This document shows, piece by piece, positions 52,905-64,000 of a DNA stretch of 64,000 bases (positions within the stretch are counted from its first letter, which is position 1; every line of letters begins with the position of its first letter). The DNA comes from Eledone cirrhosa. Lineage: Eukaryota. Below the pieces are notes generated by a model. The model saw only the letters and a list, made by a program, of their open reading frames with translations. It was not told the origin of the DNA and did no database searches. The stretch covers positions 69,130,001 to 69,194,000 of the forward strand of contig OZ024744.1 of the NCBI GenBank assembly GCA_964016885.1, given 5' to 3'. Made by a program: the position numbers and the translations under genes.

Positions 52905-53662
52905 AAACCGAAAAAATGAAACGAAATTTCATTTCCCACTCTTAGTACGGCTGTTACTTAAATATAAGTATGTACACGTACATACATATATGTATACAGA
53001 CGTACAGTAGTATGTATATATATATATACATACATGCACACATATATATATATGTACGTATGGATTCACCGAACATTTATTATAATGCTCGGTGTGTTTA
53101 TAAACAAACATCCCGTATAAAGCCGTAGTGTCCAGCAACCATCGTTGCTCGTTTGCTCAACACTGACAAAGGAACGCTGTACTAGTTTCAAGCTTATTAG
53201 CTATCGTCAGCAACGCACATCTTCCTGCCAGATTGTTGAACGTATATACTTACCTTATGCATATTAACGGCTGAGTAACCCTATTTGCATATCGAGTGGG
53301 TTAATCGGCCGGGTGCACCGAAAACGATAAACGGAAAAAATGAAACGAAATTTCATTTCTCACTCTTAGTACAGCTGTTACTTAAATATAAGTATGTACA
53401 CGTACATAGATATATGTATACAGACGTACAGTAGTATGTATATATATATATACATACATGCACACATATATATATATGTACGTATGGATTCACCGAACAT
53501 TTATTATAATGCTCGGTGTGTTTGTAAACAAACATCCCGTATTAAGCCGTAGTGACCAGCAACCATCGTTGCTCGTTTGCTCAACACTGACAAAGGAACG
53601 CTGTACTAGTTTCAAGCTTATTAGCTATCGTCAGCAACGCACACCTTCCTGCCAGATTGTTG
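52905..53662 (-). repeat. 424-bp-period direct repeat, each copy carrying a minimal hammerhead ribozyme (53175-53215, 53599-53639)
   Basis: cgttg-CTGACGA-t agct aata agct t-GAAA-ctag-TA-cagcg in both copies. Confidence 0.8.
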
Positions 53663-54618
53663 AATTATTTACATTAACTCTTACTTATAATACATTCGCC
53701 TGAGGGTAAATACACCGTATATATGTGTGTATGCAGGTAATATAGTATCAGCGTAAAGCCAACAGTATTTCATAATATATATATATATATATATATATTA
53801 TGAAATACTGTTGGCTTCACGCTCATACTATATTAGCTGCATACACACATATATACGGTGTATTTACGCTCAGGCGAATGTATTATAACTAAGAGTTAAT
53901 GTATATAATTCACAAAAATATGATTAAATAAATAAACATATGCTGTTGCAAATTCGTATCGTTCACCGTCACGAAAAATCTTTACTTTTATAAGGGACTC
54001 GCTACCTTGACTCGAAGCTACACAGTATCCATGTCTAGACGAAAAAAAAAAATCGGTATGGTGTCGTAACTTTTCGAATTCGCTGAGCTGGGTTATTTTT
54101 ATCAGGCCTTAGTTTGTTACTGTTTCTTATTCCATCTCAGCTTAATCTTAATGTTGTTGAATTACATTGAAAATACCTATAAAAAAGAAGAAAAAAACGA
54201 ATTATATCGGTGGGACTTGGTCTCATTTGAACGTCATGTGTACATTAGGATAGACAGACGCACAGATACTTGAACTAGCAGAAAATATCCAGGAGGATTA
54301 TATTTTTGCTAGTATGTCTGTGTTTGTGCGTGCCTGCGCGCGCGTGTGCGTGTGTGTGTGTGTGTGTGGTGTTTGTGTGTCCCCACTTTCTCTGCTTTGT
54401 CTTAAATTGTGACAAAATGCTTGGATCAGCCTAGGCTATAGAAATTTTCTCCCCTTCTTATTTTCCATCACCTGATCACATCTCACTTGAATTTCAGTCT
54501 TGAAATTGCGATTAATTGAAGCTTTTTTTTCCCCTACACGCCTTCTTATTCAGACAGCTAAACTAGATTTTAATTTGTATATGTGTATGTGTCGGTTGGT
54601 GTAATTGTGTGTATGAAT

Positions 54619-54725
<107 letters not shown>

Positions 54726-54762
54726 CATATATATGCGTATATGTTGTGTATGTTTGTATGTA

Positions 54763-54800
<38 letters not shown>

Positions 54801-54836
54801 TGGGCGAGACATATAGACAGACAGACTGATAGTTAA

Positions 54837-54869
<33 letters not shown>

Positions 54870-55015
54870 AGACACCGAACTCATAAAATAGACCAGTCCA
54901 CTTATCTATAGATTAGTTGTATAGGGTACGAACATTAATACACTCACGCACGCTCACATCCAGTCACTGACACACACAAGCACCCCTCTCTCTCACTCTC
55001 TCACTCTCCCTCCCC

Positions 55016-55057
<42 letters not shown>

Positions 55058-55258
55058 ATGCATACACACACTCTTACTCGCACGAACGCCTGCACATACA
55101 AACACACACAGATACATATACAAGTGTGTCTGTGTGTGCAAGCCTCTATAAAGACGTGTATGCACATAAATATGTACATTTTATTCACATTGACGTATAT
55201 ATATATACATGTATGTGCCTATATATGTATACAAACGCAAACGCACACACACACACAC

Positions 55259-55301
<43 letters not shown>

Positions 55302-55535
55302 GCATATATATATTTATATATATATATATGTGTGTGTGTGTCTGTGTCTGTGTCTGTGTCTGTGTGCGTGTGTGTGCGTTTGCGTGTGTATACATATATA
55401 GGCACATACATGTATATATATATACGTCAATGTGAATAAAATGTACATATTTATGTGCATACACGTCTTTATAGAGGCTTGCACACACAGACACACTTGT
55501 ATATGTATCTGTGTGTGTTTGTATGTGTGTATTTG

Positions 55536-55600
<65 letters not shown>

Positions 55601-55762
55601 ATATATATATTTGTATATTTATATATGAAATAATATACCCAGTTTCTATATTTTAGACCTCTAATATTTGAACACCATCTTTAATATTCGCACATACACC
55701 TCATCAATTTATTTTTAGCCGTTATTTACAGCTGTTTTCATTTTGACAGCGCTCCTGATCAA

Positions 55763-55841
<79 letters not shown>

Positions 55842-55994
55842 TTCTTTCTTTTTTCCTTTTTTCCTCTCGTCTATTTCTTTTTCCTTTTCCTCCTTCTATT
55901 TCCCTATCTTTTTCTTACTCTTATATTTCTGTCATATGTAGACTGGATACTTTCTTGTTGACATGTGTTTTTAGGCCTCATATCATGTTACCTT

Positions 55995-56062
55995 ATTTTA
56001 TCTGATGAGGACACAATTTTTGTCCCAGGATGATGTTGTTTTCGAAATGCGCATAATAAAAT
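55995..56062 (+). ncRNA. Type I hammerhead ribozyme with palindromic loop III
   Basis: attttat-CTGATGA-...-GAAA-tgcgca-TA-ataaaat; stem II is irregular. Confidence 0.65.
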
Positions 56063-56097
56063 ATATGGAACTTCTTTAACCATCTTCTTGTTTTTCA

Positions 56098-56476
<379 letters not shown>

Positions 56477-56484
56477 CGGCGATG

Positions 56485-57506
<1,022 letters not shown>

Positions 57507-58460
57507 GTTATTAACAAATGGAAACTATATTTATAAAACCATATTTATTTCATTATACATATTTCAAGGACGACACCAAGTTAAATTATGGTGTGCTTTC
57601 ATCAGATAAAATATAATATAGAGCAGTTTTATAAATAAATATTGACATACCCTTAAAGAATGCGACCATTACTGTTGGAAGCTCCCGGATAGTGGGGTTA
57701 TAAATTTATTTATACTATTATGTAAATTAGTATTGGATATTTTTAAATGAGAGTAGATTTAAATAATCCGTTGGGTTACGGAGAAAGAATATATATATAT
57801 ATATAGTGACGAAACATAAGTCAATTGCATGAACTCATAATCCTTTATTTACTGGTATATATATTTCGATGATAGCCATTGAATGGCTATTACCTCATCA
57901 GGCAGTTAATCAGTTCTTAGATATGCCAGCTCTGTGTGTATAGTGTTGATGGTATCATTATATATATATCTCCTACATAAATTAGTATAATTTCACCCAA
58001 ATTGTAGGAGTCCTATAATGAAACGAGACGTCCGTCTGGGAAGAGATATATTAGATATGTCTCATTTGAAATAATACAGCCAATTTTCCACGCAATACTT
58101 TTAGTTAGCACCCCGAACACATAATTGGGAATATAATCACTTATTTCCTAATGTTTGTTGAGTGAGTTGGAATTTGGCCGGAGTATCGGTAAAAAGCTTT
58201 CTCCGATATTGTATTTATATATATATATGTAGAAGTTCTATTTAAATTGTTGGGATACAACAAGCAAATATTTTTATAACTGATATAAAGCACTCAACAA
58301 ATGATTGGAGTAAAAATACGATATATTAACAAATGGAAACTATATTTATAAAACCATATTTATTTCATTATACATATTTCAAGGACACCAAGTTAAATTA
58401 TGATGCGCTTTCATCAGATAAAATATAATATAGATCAGTTTCATAAATAAATATTGACAG
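57507..58460 (-). repeat. ~140-bp direct repeats (57507-57650, 58320-58460), each with an HHR, and a third HHR between them (57851-57906)
   Basis: ttttat-CTGATGA-aag...ctt-GAAA-tatgta-TA-atgaaa; and CTGATGA-ggtaatagccattcaatggctatcatc-GAAA-tatata-TA. Confidence 0.75.
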
Positions 58461-59515
58461 AGTCAAGATAAATTATTAAAAAAATAATGAATAAACAAAG
58501 AAACAGTTCCTTATATTAAAAAATTCATCATTTTACGATCGTTTCTAGGATATATATGTGTTAGAGTTGGTATGCATATTCTATAGATCTATGTACAATA
58601 TTTATACAAACTATCAGAGGGAATATACATACCTACACATATATATGCTGTCTTCAGAAATAATGATATTTGTTTATTGATAAGAACAAAGATTCAATAC
58701 AATAGGTCTGTTTGGGAACAGGTTTTGAATTGACCAATCAGGAGATAGTGAGGGTCAAGATAGTAATATAGTAGTAAGAGAACCTTAAATTATGGGTAGA
58801 GGAAGGTAGATTTCAGTTTTGGATGGAAAAGAGTATTATGAATGAAGGATTATTTTAGGGAAGAAATAGGTCATATGCTGACCTCAGAAATAATTTTATT
58901 TGTTCATTGAATAAAACCAACAAAGATCTAATATATTCTGTCTGTTTGATAAGAGGTTTAGAATTAACCAATAGAAAGTTAATAATTGGCCAAATGGTAA
59001 AATAGTAGTGATTGAAGCTTATTTTAGGGGTGAAACTAGGTCAGGTGGTCAGTAAAAGGTATACAAGCAGTTGCTGTTATAAAATAGTAATGCCAATACA
59101 AATATCTAAGGTGACCAAAGTTTTAAGATAAGAATGTTAGTGAAAAAATACATCTATGAATAGAATATAAAATTAATTTAATTGATGGGTATATTTATAT
59201 TGATAAAATTATACTAATACATATAGATATGATAAATAAGAGTTAGATGCAATTGAAAAGTGCTGTTAAAGATGAGGGGAGAATAAAAGAATATAAAAAT
59301 AATATATATATATATATATACCCACAAATATATACATATATATATACATATACATACATATACACATACACACACATATATATATATATACACATATACA
59401 TACACATATATATACACCTATATACACATACATATACATACATGTATATATATATATATACACACACACACATACACGCATATACACACATACACACATA
59501 TACATACACACATAT

Positions 59516-59614
<99 letters not shown>

Positions 59615-59769
59615 TAGACACATACATACATACACACATATATACACACACATACACACTTATATATGCATATAATTATTCGGGGGGGGGGGGATTAAAT
59701 TAATTAGTGGGAAATAGTAAATATATATAGATTTCAAGGAACATAGAGTCATAACCTGAAGTTAAAGCA

Positions 59770-60275
59770 TTATATATGTTTACTTAATGGTATCAGTATT
59801 AGGAAATGATATTTGTAAGGAGGAAAGCCAAATTATGTAGTTCATCAGTAGTAGAATATTAATTATAGGTTAACTAAATTAAAAATAGTTTATATTAATT
59901 TCCAAAGTGTATATTACTTAGGTTTATAATATTTAAAGCAAAATTATGTAGTTCATCAGTAGTAGAATATTAATTATAGGTTAACTAAATTAAAAATAAT
60001 TATATATGTTTACTTAATGGTATCAGTTTTAGGAAATGATATTTGTAAGAAGGAAAGCCAAATTATGTAGTTCATCAGTAGTAGAATATTAATTATAGGT
60101 TAACTAAATTAAAAATAGTTTATATATTAATTTCTAAAGTGTATATTAATTAGTTTTATAATATTTAAAGCAGAATTATGTAATTCATCAGTAGTAGAAT
60201 ATTAATTATAGGTTAACTAAATTAAAAATAATTTATATATTAATTTCTAAAGTGTATATTAATTAGGTTTATAAT
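59770..60275. repeat. AT-rich tandem repeats (aattatgtagttcatcagtagtagaatattaattatagg) in the PLE 3' region
   Basis: Four recurrences seen directly. Confidence 0.85.
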
Positions 60276-61170
60276 ATTTAAAGGTTTTTCTCAGTTTATG
60301 ATTACACGATATTATTAATTCCTGTCGCTTATTTAATAGGATATCCTTAGATTTCATTATTTCGAAAAGTTCTTGGGAACATAATCTACATTCATTTCTA
60401 CTATTTTGATAAGGGGTGGCCCTTTTGAGCACACTCCAGGTCAGGTCATATTCTATATTCCTCTTTCTATAACTATTAATTATTTCAGCTAGGGATGTTG
60501 TATTAGCTAGTGCGGCATTTTTAAAACTGTGTTTGTGGGTATTAAATCTTACCTTAAAATTGTTAGAAGTAGCTCCTATATTTGAATGAGTAGAGTCCTT
60601 AGTGCTAACTTTACATTTATATATTATGTTATTAACAAGGCAATTTCCTTTTAATGGACAGTTTGCCTTGTTTCTACAGTTACAACTTTTCGTGAATCCT
60701 GTATCTGAGGAGATATTATGGTTAGTTTGATGTACTGGTGGTATACTCATGGTTTTTTTACATTTATATGCATTATAGACACTTATATTTTGTTTTATGT
60801 TTTTGGTTGTTGAGTAGGAGAATTTAACCGTTGATCTATTTAAGATTTGATGGTATTTGTGGTTTGGCGGGAAGTTTTTCTCTAGGATATTAAAGAATTT
60901 TTTAGGTAATTTGTAAATTAAATGGAGCTTTATACCAAGTAACTCGTCTATTACGGTTTCTATGTTGTTTATTGTTTTTATAGGATGCATCCTGATGTTT
61001 ATTAAGAGAATTATTGTTAATGACCTCTCCACACACATTTCTAGTTAGATTTATTGATTTAGGTGTTTTAGCTTGTTTATTAGGAGTTTTAATATTAACA
61101 TTTATTAGAGTTGTAGGATGAGTAGTTTTTTGAGAGTTACTATACTGTATATTAGAAGAGTTAGACACTG
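60259..61170 (-). pseudogene. Naiad-type PLE C-terminus: linker, zinc motif and GIY-YIG endonuclease, 5'-truncated
   Basis: RRVTWYKAPF, FPPNHKYHQILNRSTVKFSYS, CNCR...CPLKGNCL, IIYKC..IGAT..FKVRF..H..SF, CRLC and LNKRQEL..C.H. Confidence 0.9.
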
Positions 61171-61342
61171 TTTCTTTGTTTATTCATTATTTTTTTAATA
61201 ATTTATATATATATATATATATATATATAGTATAAAAGAGAAAACACAATAAAAGCATTAAGAGAAGGATTTTATCCAGGTATTTACGACCGTTTCATTG
61301 GTAAGTGCAACCTTATATTGCTATACACAATTTTTTGCTTCT

Positions 61343-61411
<69 letters not shown>

Positions 61412-61424
61412 TATATACATATAT

Positions 61425-61484
<60 letters not shown>

Positions 61485-61533
61485 AAAGTAAATAACAACA
61501 ACGAGTACTGTTACGAAAGGTGTTGGGTATATA

Positions 61534-61570
<37 letters not shown>

Positions 61571-61571
61571 G

Positions 61572-61940
61572 TGAGGGCGGTGGATTGGCAGTATCGGTAG
61601 ATGGTCGGATGCCATGCTTTTCAGCATAGAGTTACGGCCCTTTATGATCTGAGCTCAAATCCTGCCGAGGTTAACTTTGCCTTTCATCCTTATGGGGTCG
61701 ATAAAATAAAGTACCAGTAACACACTGGGGTCGATTTAATCGACTTTCCCCTCCCCTCAGATTACTGGCCTTGTGCCTATATAAGAAACCATTATTATTA
61801 TTATTGTTTTCAAATTCTGATTTCAAATCCCGTCGAGGTTAACTTTGCCTTTCATCCTTGCGGGGTCGATAAAATAAAGTACCAGTAATACACTGGGTAA
61901 TTGCTGGCCTTGTGCCAAAATGTAGAAACAATTATTATTA
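61572..61940 (+). mobile_element. Two SINE copies in an (ATT)n tract
   Basis: Family core. Confidence 0.88.
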
Positions 61941-61989
61941 TTGTGTTTATTATTATCATTAATATTTATTGTTTTTCCTTTTCTTTCGT

Positions 61990-63330
61990 AGAGAGGGCGG
62001 TTAAGGAACCTGGCACGGGTGGGGCTCTGATCAACTTGGATCAATCCAAAGCATTCGATAGGGTCGACCATCGGTACCTGGCGGCGATCCTCGAGGCAGT
62101 CGGTTTCGGGCCCGTTTTCAGGGGTTGCATTGCTGCGATGTACAGCAACATCTGCTCAGTTGTGAGGGTGAACGGTCACCTGTCGCAGCCATTCAGCATC
62201 ATGCGCTCTGTCCGCCAGGGTTGTCCCCTCTCGTCCCTCTTATACGTATTGGCTCTCGAGCCGTTACTGCACAAACTGGGGGCGATGAGGGGCGTCCCAC
62301 ACGAACTTGGATGCAGGAAATCCGATCGGCTTTCGCCGACGACGTCACGTTGGTGATATCGAGCACCAAACACGTCCAGATGCTCGGCACCGCCCTCAAG
62401 GAATACGAAGCGGTGACAAGAACAAAGATAAACCAGGAAAAGTCGGTGGGCTTGCAGCTCGGCACCTGGAGAGGAAAGTCCATGCCGTCCGACAGCGTCG
62501 AGGGTCGTTGGACGGACGGACCGGTTAAATTGCTCGGTGTTTGGTTCGGACCGGACCTCCAGATGAAGAAAAGCTGGAGCGAGGTGACGAGCAAGGTGGC
62601 CTCCCTCACCCAGAAATGGGCCGAGAGGAAGCGGTCTCTGAAAGGCCGAGCGGAGGTGGCGAATGCGTACATCGCATCCGTCATCTGCTACCGCCTCACC
62701 GTCATCCCTTGCTCCGGCCCAACTCTCACTAAAATGGAGCGCCTCCTCTTCCGCTTTTTGTGGAACGGACGCGCTCCCATGGTCAGACGATCCATCTGCT
62801 GTCAACACCCGTTGCGTGGAGGACTGAGCATGCCATGGCTGATGATGCGCAAACATGCGCTGAGGCTGCGACATCTCTGGTGCTTCCTTGAAGGTGAACG
62901 GGTGTGGTCGCCGTTCGCCAGGAACGTTTTCCCACAGCTCGTCTCCTTGACGGAGCTGCAGTCCTGGGTCAGGAAAAGACTGAGGGATAGCGCTTGGAAA
63001 CTGGAATGCCTCCAGGCGCTCACTGCTCTCTGCCAGCCGGGCACCAGTATCGGTGGAACATCCACCTCGGCGTTCTATTGAGGACTAGAGGCGGGGAAGA
63101 GCGACGACGTTCCCGGAGAGATCCTGGGCGTCGAAGATCAGCTGTCTGCTCTCTTCCGGAGAACTTTCAGCCCAGGGCCTATGGATAACTTCCAAAAATC
63201 CCTGGCTTGACAGTGCTACCGGGGAGCGTTGCCAGTTCGAGATAAGCTCTACAGGCACGAAAGTGCCGCCAGCGGAGCCGGTCCTAGATGCGCGCAGAGC
63301 GCAAAACCGCCGTACACCGTCCTGTGCCGT
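61990..63330 (+). pseudogene. L1/Tx1-clade RT fragment
   Basis: GALINLDQSKAFDRVDH, VRQGCPLS, AFADDVT, KLLGVWF, SLKGRA, FLW and GGL; frameshift near 62320. Confidence 0.9.
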
Positions 63331-63389
63331 CTGTAATGTTTTTCTTGATGTCAGCTCTTGTGGCCAATAAAGAAATCATTATTATTATT

Positions 63390-63580
63390 AGTAGAGGGTT
63401 TGACGCCATGCTTTCTAGCATAGTTACGTCCCTTTACAGTCTGAGTTCAAATCCCACCGAGGTTAACTTTGCCTTTCATCCTTACGGGGTCGATAAAATA
63501 AAGTACCAGTAATGTACTGGGTAATTGCTGGCCTTGTGCCTAAAGTAGAAACAATTATTATTATTATTATTATTATTATT
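63390..63580 (+). mobile_element. SINE with (ATT)n tail
   Basis: Family core. Confidence 0.88.
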
Positions 63581-64000
63581 GCTGTTGGCGGTGATGATCA
63601 ATTTGCTTATTTGAAGTTCAGCTTGTGTCTGGGTGCGCTTTTTCTGAAGCCAGGATCGCCATTGATTTGTCAGGTGGAGTGTCGAATTATAATTTCTACT
63701 ATGGAATATAACGGTTTATTTGGAGGACCAATGTCTGTGTGGCTCACATGCTACGAGGTGACGATAAGAAGTACTCGAAATGAATACAACTTTCCAATTA
63801 ATTTATTTTATCCTAAAACAAATTTTTTGTGTTATTTAATGCTAATTCTGTAAGACACGGTAAAATTATGTGGCGAATTTGAATGTACAGGTCTTTCTTC
63901 TGTAGATCAGGATTTCGTTTTAAACGAAACATAAAGGTACAAAGCTTTTATATGTTTCAACATTACGCGAATCTATAAATCTAAATATGTTTGAACGACT

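Noticed and set aside
60259-61038. Selenocysteine-encoding Naiad
   Set aside because: The conserved zinc-motif positions are ordinary Cys with no in-frame TGA, and no SECIS is evident.
62176-62874. 232-aa minus-strand ORF
   Set aside because: It is the antisense shadow of the GC-rich L1/Tx1 RT.

Overview
This is AT-rich, microsatellite-dense animal DNA, most likely from an octopus or another cephalopod (inferred from the style of the dominant tRNA-like SINE and the microsatellite load). I found no intact host gene. Most ORFs in the supplied track are microsatellite artefacts or antisense shadows of transposon genes. The window is a layered transposon community: Penelope-like elements (PLEs) of two types with about 12 minimal hammerhead ribozyme (HHR) motifs near (TA)n tracts; a complete but decayed Helitron (10457-16638); pogo/Tigger, hAT-MITE and L1/Tx1 relics; and many SINEs. 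The most striking part is a nested (TACA)n/(TATG)n landing-pad region at about 16.9-48.2 kb. There, two families of R4/Dong-like restriction-like-endonuclease (RLE) retrotransposons and 10 or more copies of a ~610-bp RTE-derived non-autonomous element alternate with microsatellite spacers. Each element class keeps a fixed orientation relative to the repeat, and the two classes are opposite. Other candidates worth testing are a covarying, twister-like structured 5' leader in the RTE-derived element and a 424-nt tandem HHR (retrozyme-like) unit. Coordinates were read by eye and may be off by a few bases.
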